NCBI GenBank assembly: GCA_963706575.1 | Contig: CAVPNL010000003.1 | Coordinates: 448,001-512,000, forward strand | Direction of reading: 5' to 3' | Length of the DNA stretch: 64,000 bases | Origin: an uncultured delta proteobacterium | GTDB taxonomy: Bacteria > Desulfobacterota > Desulfobacteria > Desulfobacterales > JAHEIW01 | In this document: positions 20,491 to 31,200 of the stretch, piece after piece | Position numbering within the stretch: position 1 is the stretch's first letter | Layout: each line of letters begins with the position of its first letter | Position numbers and translations under genes: made by a program | The notes under the pieces: model-generated | Told to the model about the DNA's origin: nothing | The model's database searches: none | The model's input: the letters and a program-made list of their open reading frames with translations, nothing else

Positions 20491-20512
20491 GCATACGCGA
20501 ATAAAATGCGTT

Positions 20513-20908
20513 TTAACGTTTTGAAAATTGAAACCGCGCCCGGGCCCCCTTTTGACCATATTTTTTTCTTTCTTTGACCCGCGGATCGCGTTTGACAAAC
20601 CCGGCTTTTTTCAGCGGAATTCTTAAATCCGGATCCGTCAATATGAGCGCCTTGGTAATACCGTGACGGACCGCTCCGGCCTGTCCGGCAATGCCACCGC
20701 CTTTGACACTGACTTTAACGTTAAAGGATCCGGTGGTATTGGTTAATTTAAACGGCTCCAGCAATTCGGTGCGTAATGTTTCAACCGGAAAGTACTCCTC
20801 GACGGGATGATTATTGATGCTGATTTCACCGTTTCCAGGTGTCAGCCACGTCCGGGCAATGGCGCTTTTTCGTTTTCCGGTAGCGTAATAAATGTTTTCT
20901 TTTTCCAT
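20513..20908 (-). CDS. rpsI: 30S ribosomal protein S9
   Basis: [40 protein letters not shown]. Confidence 0.98.
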   Translation of the reverse strand: MEKENIYYATGKRKSAIARTWLTPGNGEISINNHPVEEYFPVETLRTELLEPFKLTNTTGSFNVKVSVKGGGIAGQAGAVRHGITKALILTDPDLRIPLKKAGFVKRDPRVKERKKYGQKGARARFQFSKR

Positions 20909-20950
20909 TGATTTCCTCAAAAGTTATAAATGATCGCTTGGGGAACTTTA

Positions 20951-21385
20951 TTAAATTTCTATAATTTCAGGCTGTTGGGCCTCATGCGGATGGGCGTTTC
21001 CGGTGTACACTTTCAGCTTTTTAAACAGCCGCCGTCCGAGTCTGTTTTTGGGCAGCATCCCCTTAACTGCGAAGCGCACAAGCTCTTCCGGCTTTTTTTC
21101 CAGAAGCTCTTTTGCAGTCATCTGCTTAAGGCCGCCGATATATCCGCTGTGACGGTAATACATTTTCTGATCCATTTTTCGGCCGGTCAGGGCAATTTTT
21201 TCAGCATTGATGACGATCACCCAATCACCGGTGTCCGCGTGGGGCGTAAACTTGGGGTTATGTTTGCCTCGCAATCTATGGGCCACCTGGGAAGCCAGTC
21301 GGCCAAGCACAGCCCCATTTGCGTCGACAACGTACCACTTCTGCGGATTATCAGAACTTTTTGCGCTAGATGTATATTTTTTCAC
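20951..21385 (-). CDS. rplM: 50S ribosomal protein L13
   Basis: [38 protein letters not shown]. Confidence 0.98.
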   Translation of the reverse strand: MKKYTSSAKSSDNPQKWYVVDANGAVLGRLASQVAHRLRGKHNPKFTPHADTGDWVIVINAEKIALTGRKMDQKMYYRHSGYIGGLKQMTAKELLEKKPEELVRFAVKGMLPKNRLGRRLFKKLKVYTGNAHPHEAQQPEIIEI

Positions 21386-21425
21386 CTCAGTGAGCTCCTA
21401 ACTCCTCATATTGAATAATCCAGCG

Positions 21426-21454
21426 AATTTAGAAAAAATCTCACATGATGTCAA
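21426..21454 (-). promoter_or_regulatory. Sigma70-type promoter of rplM-rpsI
   Basis: Minus strand TTGACA-17-TAAATT. Confidence 0.6.
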
Positions 21455-21532
21455 GAAAAAAATGGGGCCGATCCTTTACAATTCGACAATTCTGCTATTA
21501 TTATCTAAAATAACTTAAAATCAGTTTTTCTT

Positions 21533-21561
21533 TTGACATGCCGGCTGGCCCGATCTATTTT
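21533..21561 (+). promoter_or_regulatory. Candidate sigma70 promoter of the CYTH gene
   Basis: TTGACA-17-TATTTT. Confidence 0.45.
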
Positions 21562-21593
21562 GGACACCAATCGAAAAATTGGATAAACGGAAA

Positions 21594-22244
21594 ATGGAAC
21601 AGCTTGAAATAGAGGTAAAATTTTATCTGCCAGACATTGAGCGTATGCAGGAGCGCATTTTGGCGCTGGGCGCCGAATCGAAGGGTCGAGTCTTCGAGAA
21701 CAATGTTCGCTATGAAGATAAAAACCACACCCTGTTCAAAAAAAAATCGCTTCTACGCTTGCGCCGGGATGCAAAAACGATTCTAACATTTAAATCCAGT
21801 CCGCCGCTTGCCAGCTCGGAATTTAAAGTCTTCAATGAGCTGGAGGTCGAAATCAGCGATTTTGAAACCATGAATCGAATTCTGGTGGAGGTGGGGCTCC
21901 ACCCTGAACAAATTTACGAAAAATGGCGCGAGACCCTTATCCTGGATCAGACAGGATTTTATCTGGATACCATGCCTTATGGAACGTTTTTAGAGATCGA
22001 GGGTGCCGAAAAAGATATCCGCACCCATGCTGCCAGTCTCGGTTTTAATTGGCAAAAGCGCATTTTGCTGAATTATCTTGAAATATTTGAAATTATTCGA
22101 CAAACGCTAAGTCTGGGCTTCAAGGACCTCACCTTCAAAAACTTTGAAAATATCAGGGTCGACATGGCAGCGTTTTTAGGTAAGTTGGAAGCGGGCGATC
22201 GGGAGGCCAGGACCGGTTTCAGGTGTCAGAATTCGCAGCGCTGA
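21594..22244 (+). CDS. CYTH-domain protein (class IV adenylate cyclase-like)
   Basis: EIEVKF, LRLR, LTFK, ELEV, YEKWRE, FLEIEG. Confidence 0.88.
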   Translation: MEQLEIEVKFYLPDIERMQERILALGAESKGRVFENNVRYEDKNHTLFKKKSLLRLRRDAKTILTFKSSPPLASSEFKVFNELEVEISDFETMNRILVEVGLHPEQIYEKWRETLILDQTGFYLDTMPYGTFLEIEGAEKDIRTHAASLGFNWQKRILLNYLEIFEIIRQTLSLGFKDLTFKNFENIRVDMAAFLGKLEAGDREARTGFRCQNSQR

Positions 22245-22269
22245 CACCTGAACACTGACACCTGAAACC
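22215..22269. repeat. Inverted CAGGTGT/ACACCTG repeat element overlapping the CYTH 3' end
   Basis: ggtttcaggtgtcag-N11-ctgacacctgaacactgacacctgaaacc; same unit as the 11240 outer arms. Confidence 0.72.
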
Positions 22270-22288
22270 TTTCGTTTGATTTCGGTTT

Positions 22289-23278
22289 TTAAAAAACAGA
22301 CGGCATGCTATTTAAGGAATTCGATGCTTCTCCACCTTCAGCGTTTTCACCGCTTGGCGGCCGGGTCGAAGGCGTTTCCTCTGAAGCTGTTTGGGTAGAT
22401 GGCGTAACCGCTGAACGAACCGGCACCGGGGGCAAATTGACCGAAAAATCCTGCTCCAATAACAACTCGCCGGTGTTGGTAAAAACATAGACGGCGGCAG
22501 TTTGGAACTGATCTGAATAATGGGGCGCCTTGGATGTTAAGTTCATGGTGCGAAACCGTTGTATTGCAAAACTTTTGCCTCTCTTTCCAGAAGGTTTGCC
22601 TCCGGCAAGACCCACCGCTGGCATCACCAACCATTGATCCATCTGAAGATCATCCCCCTTTAACACGACGACGATCCGGCCGGCGACTCGCTGTGGTGCC
22701 TTGCTGGTATTTTTTATTTTAAACTGTGCGCTTAGGTTATGATTGTCCGATTCACGCGCGACTTTAAAATTTTCCACAGCCACGCTGATAATTGGCTCAG
22801 TTTCATGCGTTTCAGCCGATGCGGGTTCGGATGGGGCGGCTTGCGGGACAGAGGATTTCGTTTCAACCGTCTTAACCGGTTTCGGTTTTGGCGCCACCTG
22901 CGGCGAGGGCGCTGTTGGTTGAGCGATCTTCGCTTTTTGCGGAATTTGGCTTTCCCCAGCAACGTTTTCTTTGGTCTTGGCTTCAGCCCGCACCAGGCGG
23001 GCCATTAAAATTTCCTTTTCGTGGCGCAGCTTCTCTATCTGTTTTTCCGAATTAGCGAAGCTTTTTTGCAGGTCGTTATTTTGATTAAGGGCCCCTTGAT
23101 TTTGAAAAAAAAGCACGACCGCAAAAACAACAGCGAGGAAAAATAAGGATCCAATCCCAATTACAATGGCCTTAAAATGCTTTAACGTGATCACATTGCC
23201 GTGATCACCGATAAATAAGAGCGTCCAGCGCCTGTCAGCACCCGGGTGTTTTGAGTTTTTAGGTCTATTAATGTTCAT
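22289..23278 (-). CDS. Hypothetical bitopic membrane protein (TM, coiled coil, Pro/Ala linker, beta domain)
   Basis: 329-aa ORF in tandem with the ruv/DUF62 genes. Confidence 0.7.
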   Translation of the reverse strand: MNINRPKNSKHPGADRRWTLLFIGDHGNVITLKHFKAIVIGIGSLFFLAVVFAVVLFFQNQGALNQNNDLQKSFANSEKQIEKLRHEKEILMARLVRAEAKTKENVAGESQIPQKAKIAQPTAPSPQVAPKPKPVKTVETKSSVPQAAPSEPASAETHETEPIISVAVENFKVARESDNHNLSAQFKIKNTSKAPQRVAGRIVVVLKGDDLQMDQWLVMPAVGLAGGKPSGKRGKSFAIQRFRTMNLTSKAPHYSDQFQTAAVYVFTNTGELLLEQDFSVNLPPVPVRSAVTPSTQTASEETPSTRPPSGENAEGGEASNSLNSMPSVF

Positions 23279-23288
23279 GGTTAATGGT

Positions 23289-24092
23289 TTATGATAGTGT
23301 TAGCCGTACGGGATCTCCCTTTTGAGCCTTCAAGTTCTCTTTGGCATTACCACCGTTTACGGCAATTTCTAAATAGTTGCGACTGCCAATTAGCGCCAGC
23401 GGCGCTGCCGGCGCTGCGTCCGAGTACGTACCGGACAGGCCGGAAATTACAAAAGCGCCGATGTGAATTTGCGGCTGTTCTAAAACGCTCGTCTGGCAAA
23501 AAGTAGCCAGGCTGATTGAATCAATATTGGTTATTAGATTGCCGAAATGATCAATCGATACGATCTTTCCGATAAGTTGGCCAGTTTGCGAAATACGGCA
23601 ATTCAGGTCCTTGATCCGGACGATATCCTTAACATCTGTTCTGGCACCAAGCGCATCCAGTTTCGTCCCACAGCTCAGATGTGCACCGACCGCTGCAAAA
23701 ATATCTCGCCCATGAAATGTGGAACTTAGCGGTTCTAAAAAATAATCTGAGTTGTCCACTCGGATAATCGTATCAGATTTTTCGGCATTCAGCAAAAGGG
23801 TTAAAACACCATTATCCGGGGCAATAAAGAAATGTTCTCGGTGGCTGAGGGCCAGAATGCTGCGCTGGCTTCCTACGCCCGGATCAACGACCACAATATG
23901 GACCGTCCCTTCCGGGAAAAAATGATAATACGACGGTATCAGATAAGCGGCCTGATGAATATCCTGGGGTGCTATCTGGTGCGTGATATCAACAATTGAC
24001 ACCGCAGGGCAGATTGAGAGCATAACACCTTTCATAACCCCAACGTATTCGTCATCGGCGCCAAAATCCGATAAAATGGAAATCACAGCCAT
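23289..24092 (-). CDS. SAM hydroxide adenosyltransferase / chlorinase-fluorinase family (DUF62)
   Basis: SDFG, VGVMKGV, VDITH, VVDPGVGS, PDNG, STFHGRDIF, DHFGN, LEIAVN. Confidence 0.93.
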   Translation of the reverse strand: MAVISILSDFGADDEYVGVMKGVMLSICPAVSIVDITHQIAPQDIHQAAYLIPSYYHFFPEGTVHIVVVDPGVGSQRSILALSHREHFFIAPDNGVLTLLLNAEKSDTIIRVDNSDYFLEPLSSTFHGRDIFAAVGAHLSCGTKLDALGARTDVKDIVRIKDLNCRISQTGQLIGKIVSIDHFGNLITNIDSISLATFCQTSVLEQPQIHIGAFVISGLSGTYSDAAPAAPLALIGSRNYLEIAVNGGNAKENLKAQKGDPVRLTLS

Positions 24093-24100
24093 AGCATAGT

Positions 24101-25144
24101 TTAGCTAAACAGCTTACCTTGCACTCGAAATCCCAGATGTTTGTATGCAGCCTCGGAGGCTTTTCTGCCGGATGAGGTCCGCAAAATAAAACCGATCTTC
24201 AATAAATAAGGCTCGACAACATCCACCAGCGTATCAGATTCTTCCTGTAAAGTGGCTGCAATGGCCTCAATCCCGACTGGGCCACCGGTATAAAATTCGA
24301 TAATGGTTTTCAAATAACGGCGGTCAAGATCGGTCAGGCCTCTTTCATCAACCCCTTCCAATTCAAGAGCGCCTTTGACTGTCGATTGGGTGATGACGCC
24401 GTCGGCCCTTACCTGGCTAAAATCCCGAACGCGTTTAAGCAGTCGATTCACAATTCGGGGGGTCCCTCTGGACCGTCTGGCAAGTTCGACAGCGCCACTG
24501 GTATCAATTTTTACATTCAGCAAATGAGCTGAACGCTTGGCAATTTTAACGAGATCATCATCGTTGTAAAAATCAAGGCTTCTAAAAATAACAAAGCGAT
24601 CTCGCAAGGGCGCCGATAACAGCCCGACACGTGTCGTGGCGCCAACCAACGTAAAGCGCTTCAACCGATAACGATGGCTGCGGGCATGCACCCCTTTATC
24701 AAAAACGAAATCAATGGCGTAGTCCTCCATGGCCGGATACATAAATTCTTCAACCGCTTTGGGTGTCCGGTGGATTTCGTCGATAAACAGAATGTCGCCC
24801 TCTTCAAGATGGGTGAGAATTCCCACCAGATCGCCGCCCTTTTCAAGGGCAGGTCCGGAGGTTACCGTAAGGTTGCCCTGCATTTCATTGGCGATAATGT
24901 GAGCCAATGTTGTCTTCCCAAGACCCGGCGGGCCGTGAAATAAGACATGATCTATGGGTTCACCTCGCTCCGTAGCGGCCTGGATGGCGATTTTTAAAGT
25001 TTCAACGACCTCTTTCTGACCGACATATACCGAAAGCCGCTCCGGGCGTAATGAAAGGATTTCGGGCTCCTGATCTTCGGGCAAAACAGCTCGAGAGATA
25101 ACCTCTTGATTATCAGAAGAATATTTAATTACATCATCAGACAT
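24101..25144 (-). CDS. ruvB: Holliday junction branch migration helicase RuvB
   Basis: [44 protein letters not shown]. Confidence 0.97.
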   Translation of the reverse strand: MSDDVIKYSSDNQEVISRAVLPEDQEPEILSLRPERLSVYVGQKEVVETLKIAIQAATERGEPIDHVLFHGPPGLGKTTLAHIIANEMQGNLTVTSGPALEKGGDLVGILTHLEEGDILFIDEIHRTPKAVEEFMYPAMEDYAIDFVFDKGVHARSHRYRLKRFTLVGATTRVGLLSAPLRDRFVIFRSLDFYNDDDLVKIAKRSAHLLNVKIDTSGAVELARRSRGTPRIVNRLLKRVRDFSQVRADGVITQSTVKGALELEGVDERGLTDLDRRYLKTIIEFYTGGPVGIEAIAATLQEESDTLVDVVEPYLLKIGFILRTSSGRKASEAAYKHLGFRVQGKLFS

Positions 25145-25155
25145 GTCCGCTCCAA

Positions 25156-25334
25156 GTGGCTCTAAAATTAGAAGTGCCTAAAATGCCTAAAATGAGCTAA
25201 AATGCCTAAAATTGATGAATTCTATCATATTTATTATAAAAGATGGAGCGCCACGCGGCGCAAGCGCCTGCTCTGCGCGAGCAAAACCATAATTTTAGGC
25301 ATTTTAGATCATTTTTAATTTTAGCTCATTTGTT
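25156..25334. mobile_element. Family A element with about 30-bp GC-rich insert (approx. 25251-25280)
   Basis: Near-identical to the reverse complement of 33759-33908 except for the insert. Confidence 0.85.
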
Positions 25335-25418
25335 ATAAGCACCTTTGATCGGTTTAAAACTGTACCATCGAGTGTTAAATGCCTTTTGTGAGATAGATTC
25401 TAATAACGAATAACCAAT

Positions 25419-26033
25419 CTAGCCTTGCTCCCCGCGGTATACTTCTTCAAAAAGCTCTTCGGGTGTCGTTATCGCCCGATTGCGTTTTAAGGCCTCTGCA
25501 ATCATGCGTTTGGCGTCGGCGGTTCTGTGCCCGAGCTGTTTGACAAGCACCTCATAAACCTGTTCTAAGAAATCTTCCGCAACCGGAATCTCTTTTTTAT
25601 CTTCCTTGCGAATCAGGGCGAACTTGCCCATCTTGCCTTCAAGGGTGGCGATGATCTTTTGAGCGGTTCTTGCGCCAATACCTTTAAGCCGGGTAAGGCT
25701 TTGCACGTCTCGACTTTCGATCGCTCTGGCAACTTCCCGAACCGGTATACTTAACGCTTTGACCGCTTTTAAGGGCCCGATATCTTCAACCGATATAAAA
25801 TATTGAAAAAATTCTTTTTCTGCCTCCAGATTAAAGCCGATTAATATCGGTTTGGGCTGGCGTTCGGTCTGTTGATAAAAAACATAGAGTGCGACTTCGT
25901 CACCAACTTTATTGGCTGCGATATTTTCCATGACGAAGGCAGGAAGCAAAATTTCATACCCCACCTGATTGGCCAGTACCAGCACCCGCTCGTCCTCTTT
26001 TTTTAAAATTTTTCCCTCGATGTAACCGATCAC
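25419..26033 (-). CDS. ruvA: Holliday junction DNA-binding protein RuvA
   Basis: MIGYIEG, VGYEI, HhH motifs DIGP and KGIGARTAQKI; lies between ruvC and ruvB. Confidence 0.92.
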   Translation of the reverse strand: MIGYIEGKILKKEDERVLVLANQVGYEILLPAFVMENIAANKVGDEVALYVFYQQTERQPKPILIGFNLEAEKEFFQYFISVEDIGPLKAVKALSIPVREVARAIESRDVQSLTRLKGIGARTAQKIIATLEGKMGKFALIRKEDKKEIPVAEDFLEQVYEVLVKQLGHRTADAKRMIAEALKRNRAITTPEELFEEVYRGEQG

Positions 26034-26063
26034 GGTATTGCTCCACTCATGCTTCGCAGCTAA

Positions 26064-26264
26064 AGGAGCGCTGCGCTTGAAGAGCGTTTCTCTTGAGGAG
26101 CGCTGCGCTTGACGAACACATCAATTTCCAAAATCAAGATGTGAGATCCCGCATATTGCGGGGAAGCAAAAAATCCAACCATTATACATTCAACCTCAAT
26201 CCGCCGGAGGTGGAGCTCCTCGAGGCGCGAAGAGCCGCTCTTTAGGTCTCGCCAAAGGTGAGAC
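26064..26264. repeat. Composite repeat patch: 17-bp direct repeat plus three small hairpins
   Basis: aggagcgctgcgcttga at 26064 and 26096; hairpins at 26148-26162, 26200-26214 and 26246-26264. Confidence 0.6.
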
Positions 26265-26319
26265 GCTCTATTAGAGTCTAAAATTACCGCTTTTCATCCA
26301 TAAACGCGATAAACGTTTG

Positions 26320-26826
26320 TCAAATTCTATTTGTGTTCATCCTAATTTCATCCTGATACCGGTACAACCCGATTAGTGCCAGCCCCGTGGCATCGGATGC
26401 ATGCAGGGGTTTAATGCGGGTTTTGTGATTGAGTCGATGGCGCACCGCCTTTTCCAGTTGTTCCTTACTGGCGCTGCCGCTACCGGTCAGAATTTGTTTG
26501 GCCTCTCTAACCGACACCTCGATGGAAGGTACGGCTGCATGAAATCCGGCCAGCTGAATCACTCCGGTCACCTGCCCCAATAAAATCCCCGACTTCGGAT
26601 ATCTTTTGAGCGAATAGACATCCTCGAGGACCATTAAATCCGGTTTTTCGCTTTTTAGCAATTGGAGAAGTTTGGAAAAAATCTTTTCGAGACGACTGGG
26701 TAAAGAAGTGGTCTTAGAAGTATGAATACTGCCGAAAGAATAGCTATCGATTCTTGACCCCAGCCCGCTAACAATTCCGATACCGGTAGCCGATAGGCCA
26801 GGATCTATGCCAATGATCTTAACCAT
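26320..26826 (-). CDS. ruvC: Crossover junction endodeoxyribonuclease RuvC
   Basis: IIGIDPG, VLED, TGSGSASKEQ, HASDA. Confidence 0.92.
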   Translation of the reverse strand: MVKIIGIDPGLSATGIGIVSGLGSRIDSYSFGSIHTSKTTSLPSRLEKIFSKLLQLLKSEKPDLMVLEDVYSLKRYPKSGILLGQVTGVIQLAGFHAAVPSIEVSVREAKQILTGSGSASKEQLEKAVRHRLNHKTRIKPLHASDATGLALIGLYRYQDEIRMNTNRI

Positions 26827-26839
26827 TCCCGCGCCAGAT

Positions 26840-27673
26840 TCAATTTAATGCTTTTAATTTTTCGGCGGCAACCTTGGCTTCATTGGATTTAGGATATTTC
26901 CGGCCTAATTCTTCCAGAATCAGTTTGGCATTTGCCTTGTCGCCGATATTTGAAAATGCCAAGCCTTGCTTTAACAGTGCCGCCGGAACTTTGTTGCCAT
27001 TTGGGTATTTTTCAATTACGTTCTGATATTCAAGAATCGCCTTTTCATACCACTTTTCGCGATAATAGATCTCGCCGATCCAGAATTGCGCGTTATCTGC
27101 ATTGTTTGACTTTGGATAACGCCTGATAAATTCTTGAAAACCTTTTCGGGCGGCTTCAGAATCGCCCTGGTCAAAAGCTTGCTTGGCAGATCGATAGATT
27201 TCATCTTCCGAGGACGGTTTTGCTGCAGAGGTGCCCGGCGCGACCACGGCCACCGGTTTCTTGCCGGCTTCTAAATTGAGATACTGTTCCATGCGACCGA
27301 TCCGCTCCGAGTGCTTATCGGAAAGTTCGGCTAAGCGGTCCAACTTTTCTTCTCTTTTTTTCTCCAGTTCTTCTGCATTTTGCTGTTGCTGTTTCAACGC
27401 ATATTCCATTTCTTCAAGTCTGCCGCCTAAAATACGAATATCTTCATTCATTTCCTCAAGCAGAGCCCGCAAACCGGCTGATTGCTTTCGCAGTTGCTGA
27501 TTGCGCTGTTCTACGTCAGATTCGAGTTGTTCCCGATTCTGACGTTGTTGGGCATCACGCATTTCCATCTCGGTGATGCGAGTGTCGATCGTGTTTACAT
27601 CGGATTGTGTGGCGCATCCCCAAATGCCCATCAGGAAAACCAATATAAAATTATAAATCACCCATCTTTTCAT
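26840..27673 (-). CDS. cpoB: Tol-Pal cell division coordinator CpoB/YbgF (lipoprotein)
   Basis: Lipobox WGC, coiled coil, TPRs ADNAQFWIGE and KVPAALLKQG; downstream of pal. Confidence 0.92.
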   Translation of the reverse strand: MKRWVIYNFILVFLMGIWGCATQSDVNTIDTRITEMEMRDAQQRQNREQLESDVEQRNQQLRKQSAGLRALLEEMNEDIRILGGRLEEMEYALKQQQQNAEELEKKREEKLDRLAELSDKHSERIGRMEQYLNLEAGKKPVAVVAPGTSAAKPSSEDEIYRSAKQAFDQGDSEAARKGFQEFIRRYPKSNNADNAQFWIGEIYYREKWYEKAILEYQNVIEKYPNGNKVPAALLKQGLAFSNIGDKANAKLILEELGRKYPKSNEAKVAAEKLKALN

Positions 27674-27871
27674 ATCATTTTTGCCGTTCTGATTTTAGGG
27701 TTCATCTGTTAAAACACCCGCCGATCATGCGGGCGGGCGTTGACGCAATAAACAGCAAGCGCAGATCGGGCGTCGCGCTTGCTGTTCATCATGAATGCGT
27801 CAGATGTTGGTATCATCACAGGATTCTATCTGCCTTGTGCAGATGAACTATATTGTTGGATACCAATTATG

Positions 27872-28384
27872 CTAGTTTACGATAAAGTGGCCCCGCCTGT
27901 TTTTGGCCCAGCATTCCTCGTCTTGCTGCATACAAAGCGGGCGTTCTTCACCGTAACTGATGGTCGTTAATCGCGATGAGGGGATGCCGAGATCCACTAA
28001 AAAAGCTTTGGCACTGTCTGCACGTCGATCTCCCAGAGCGAGGTTGTACTCGTTGGTGCCCCGCTCATCACAATGACCTTCAATGGTTACGGTGGCATCG
28101 GCATTTTCTCGCAGCCATGCCGCATGCCGCATCAGCGTATCCTGAGCCATCGGTGTCAGCGTCGATTTGTCGAATTCATAATAAATGTTGTTCTGCGTGA
28201 TATTCCAGCCTGAAGGCGCCGGCATCATTGGTGCCGCTTTCGGTGCAGGTGCTTGCGCCGCCGGTGCAGCAGCCGGAGCGGGCGCTTTTGCCTGGGACAC
28301 GGCCTTTTTTTGACAGCCAACTGTGAGCAGCAGCCCGGGAATCACCAGTAACAGCGTTATCATCAACCAAATCTTCTTTTGCAT
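27872..28384 (-). CDS. pal: Peptidoglycan-associated lipoprotein
   Basis: Lipobox VGC, IEGHCDERGTNEYNLALGDRRA, ISYGEERP, NRR; SD AGGAGG before 28384. Confidence 0.96.
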   Translation of the reverse strand: MQKKIWLMITLLLVIPGLLLTVGCQKKAVSQAKAPAPAAAPAAQAPAPKAAPMMPAPSGWNITQNNIYYEFDKSTLTPMAQDTLMRHAAWLRENADATVTIEGHCDERGTNEYNLALGDRRADSAKAFLVDLGIPSSRLTTISYGEERPLCMQQDEECWAKNRRGHFIVN

Positions 28385-28414
28385 TTTTCTCCTCCTTTCA
28401 CATTCGAGCATCAC

Positions 28415-29740
28415 TTAATTATTTAGATGGTTCATTGACCACTTGGGGTTATTCTGCTTGCCGGCCAGAGCCAATAAACGGCGCTGGTCGGTTCCATAAG
28501 CAGTCATAACATAAATTCTATCCGGCCCTTCCCGGTTTGAGCTAAAAGCAATTAAACTGCCATCCGGGGACCAGGCAGGTGATTCATTGTCCCTGGAATC
28601 ATACGTCAATTGCACCGGGTCCTGACCGTCTAGACCGATTACAAAAATATTGTGCCCCCCGCTCATTTCGGATGTGTAAGCGATTTTATCTCCCCGGGGG
28701 GACCAGCTGGGCTGTGTATTCTTACTGCCTTCATAGGTCAGTCTTCTGACCTTATCGGAAACTAAATCCTTGATATAAATCTGGGCGCTGCCGGCACGGT
28801 TGGAAACAAAGGCAAATTTTTTGCCGTCTGGTGACCAAGAAGGCGCTACATCTATTCCGCGACTCTTGGTTAATCTTTTAATAATTTTACCTGAACCAGT
28901 CAACAGATAAATTTCTTGATCACCAGAAAACGAGAGTGTTGCTGCCAGTTCGAATTTTCCCGGAACCCAGGCAGCTGTGATATTAATTCCCTGTTTGGAA
29001 ACTTTAGATTCCTGACCATTAAGCAAATTCCGGATGTACAGGTCAGGGTTGCCGGCTCTATAAGAAGTAAAGGCCATCCATTTGCTGTCGCTTGACCAGG
29101 CCGGAAATAGAGTGATGGCATTATTGACCGTCAGACGCCGGGGATCATATCCGTCAAATGCACAGGTATAGATCTCTTTATTACCGGTGCCATTGGAAAC
29201 AAAAGCGATTTTGCTGCCAAAAACCCCTCTGCTCCCCGTCAGATAATGAATCACATCACTGCAGAAACGCAAAATGATGGAGCGTTGATTTGAAACTTTC
29301 CCCGAGTACTTTTTGCCAAGAACCCGACGGGCTTTAAAGGTGTCAAAAAGTCGCAGCTCGATAGAAATCGTGTCGTTATTGAGCTCGTAATACCCGGTTA
29401 CCAGAAGCTCAGAACCAACAACCGTCCAGTTTTGGAAATTTAATTCCGCCAGGGTAACGCCATTTCTTTCAGGATCAAAAAGAAATGCGCCGCGATCAAG
29501 TATTTTAAAGTAACCCGTAAAGTCGAGCGTATCGGCAAGAAAATCAGCTGCTGCTTCTGAAGACCGCTTTTCTTCGGCAGAGCCACCCGCGTTTTTAAAT
29601 AACGGGACGGCTAAAGGGATTTTCCGCAAAAACGGTTTGGTGATATCAATTACATCATAATCAGCCCGGCTGATTGCCGGCCCGAGTGTTGTAAAGATAA
29701 CGCTAATAATAAATATGTAAAGTTTTATTGCTCTTCTCAT
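28415..29740 (-). CDS. tolB: Tol-Pal beta-propeller protein TolB; start re-called at 29740
   Basis: TolB N domain, repeated PxWSPDG blades. Confidence 0.95.
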   Translation of the reverse strand: MRRAIKLYIFIISVIFTTLGPAISRADYDVIDITKPFLRKIPLAVPLFKNAGGSAEEKRSSEAAADFLADTLDFTGYFKILDRGAFLFDPERNGVTLAELNFQNWTVVGSELLVTGYYELNNDTISIELRLFDTFKARRVLGKKYSGKVSNQRSIILRFCSDVIHYLTGSRGVFGSKIAFVSNGTGNKEIYTCAFDGYDPRRLTVNNAITLFPAWSSDSKWMAFTSYRAGNPDLYIRNLLNGQESKVSKQGINITAAWVPGKFELAATLSFSGDQEIYLLTGSGKIIKRLTKSRGIDVAPSWSPDGKKFAFVSNRAGSAQIYIKDLVSDKVRRLTYEGSKNTQPSWSPRGDKIAYTSEMSGGHNIFVIGLDGQDPVQLTYDSRDNESPAWSPDGSLIAFSSNREGPDRIYVMTAYGTDQRRLLALAGKQNNPKWSMNHLNN

Positions 29741-29848
29741 GAAAAAGTCCTTGTCCCGTATATCAGCCAGAATCTGCATAAAAAAAAATCGGGGATCCGA
29801 CCCGGTGTTCCATCCCCGGGGAACTTCTCTTCGCTTTCTCAATAACAT

Positions 29849-30760
29849 CTATTCGTTTTTCAACCCTTTAGGACCAAATCGCAAGCCAATTTTATAGTAG
29901 GGTCTCATATAATCGTTTGGCAGCGGGGGCAACGGATTTGATTTGACAAGGGCTTTATAGGCGGAATCGTCTAAATACGCGTTTCCTGATTTTTTGTCAA
30001 ACCAGATATCCTCTATTTCTCCGTTGCGCAAAACTTTAATGGCCAGAACCGCCTCCAGCTGGGTATTATCACCGGCAAGTTGCTGGGAAAAGGCCCAATT
30101 CTTTTGGATTTGGTACTGAATTTCAGCCTGATAAATCAAAATGGACTCCTGTACCCGGGCGCCTCCGGTTCCCGGTCCGCCAGCCGGACCGGCTAGGCCG
30201 GCACCGGCTTTACCGGATCCACCCCCTCCTGTACCGGGTAGCGGTTGTGGCTCAGATGCCGCGATCTTGCGTTTCAACTGCTCGATAGCGCTGGCGACCG
30301 AATCGGTTTCGGTTTTTTCAACTTTCTTTTCTATACGATCAAGCGCCGAGTCGATCATTTTTGAGCGATCCAGGGTTTTTTTCTTCAAAGATTTTTTTGA
30401 CTTTATCTTTTTGGGCGCCAACGACACCGCCTCGGGGGGCTTTTCAACGGCCCGAATCGGTTTCGGTTCCGGAACCTTAACCGCTGGTTTTTTCGGAGGT
30501 TTCTTTTCAGCTGGTTTCGGTTTTACAACCGAAGCGGCCGGTCCGGCCGAAGCGGGCCCACTCGAAGGCAGAGACACCAGACTGACATTTACCACCCCGG
30601 AACCAAGCCGCGGTTTTGAACCGAACTGCGGCACAAAAACCATTGCGCCGATAATTATCAGATGACAAAGAAACGAGACGCCAAACGGAAAAACCATCGA
30701 CTGGGAGTCGCGACCCATTCCATGGTATCGTTTGGCATAAGCATGTTTGGTATCCTTCAT
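29849..30760 (-). CDS. tolA: TolA/TonB-family energy transducer
   Basis: TM with SxxxH motif (SFLCH), Pro/Lys linker, C-terminal KSGNAYLDDSA..PLPP. Confidence 0.85.
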   Translation of the reverse strand: MKDTKHAYAKRYHGMGRDSQSMVFPFGVSFLCHLIIIGAMVFVPQFGSKPRLGSGVVNVSLVSLPSSGPASAGPAASVVKPKPAEKKPPKKPAVKVPEPKPIRAVEKPPEAVSLAPKKIKSKKSLKKKTLDRSKMIDSALDRIEKKVEKTETDSVASAIEQLKRKIAASEPQPLPGTGGGGSGKAGAGLAGPAGGPGTGGARVQESILIYQAEIQYQIQKNWAFSQQLAGDNTQLEAVLAIKVLRNGEIEDIWFDKKSGNAYLDDSAYKALVKSNPLPPLPNDYMRPYYKIGLRFGPKGLKNE

Positions 30761-31200
30761 TATTTTTTAGATTTTGCCTTCTGGCTTTCTTCGTCAAAAA
30801 CGGCAGGTTCGGTGACCATACCCAATTTTTCCACACCGGCTGCCTTAACTTCCGCCATGACCTTAACCACTGTTCCATAAGAGATGTCTTTATCGGCCTT
30901 TAAAAATACTTCCCGATCCGAGCGGCCTTCCAGGATTTTCTTCAGCTTTTCTCCAAGACCGTCGACAGTAACCTGAAAGTCGTTGATGAAGATTTGATTT
31001 TTCGTATCGATGGTGATGATCAGATGCTCTTTTTCAGATTCCAGCGGTTCAGCAGTGGCTTCTGGCAGCGACACGTCCACACCTTGCATCATCATCGGTG
31101 CAGTGACCATAAAAATGATCAAAAGAACCAGCATCACATCAACAAACGGCGTGACGTTGATATCGGACATCAATTGGCTGCTATTTCCTCCGGCGGTCAT
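30760..31200 (-). CDS. tolR: TolR
   Basis: INVTPFVDVMLVLLIIFMVTAP, ADKD.YG.V. Confidence 0.95.
   Translation of the reverse strand: MTAGGNSSQLMSDINVTPFVDVMLVLLIIFMVTAPMMMQGVDVSLPEATAEPLESEKEHLIITIDTKNQIFINDFQVTVDGLGEKLKKILEGRSDREVFLKADKDISYGTVVKVMAEVKAAGVEKLGMVTEPAVFDEESQKAKSKK

Noticed and set aside
21738..21746. A9 run in the CYTH gene (and T9 at 19501-19509 in the MFS gene) as phase-variation tracts
   Set aside because: Both are in frame and A/T runs are common here; there is no supporting context.
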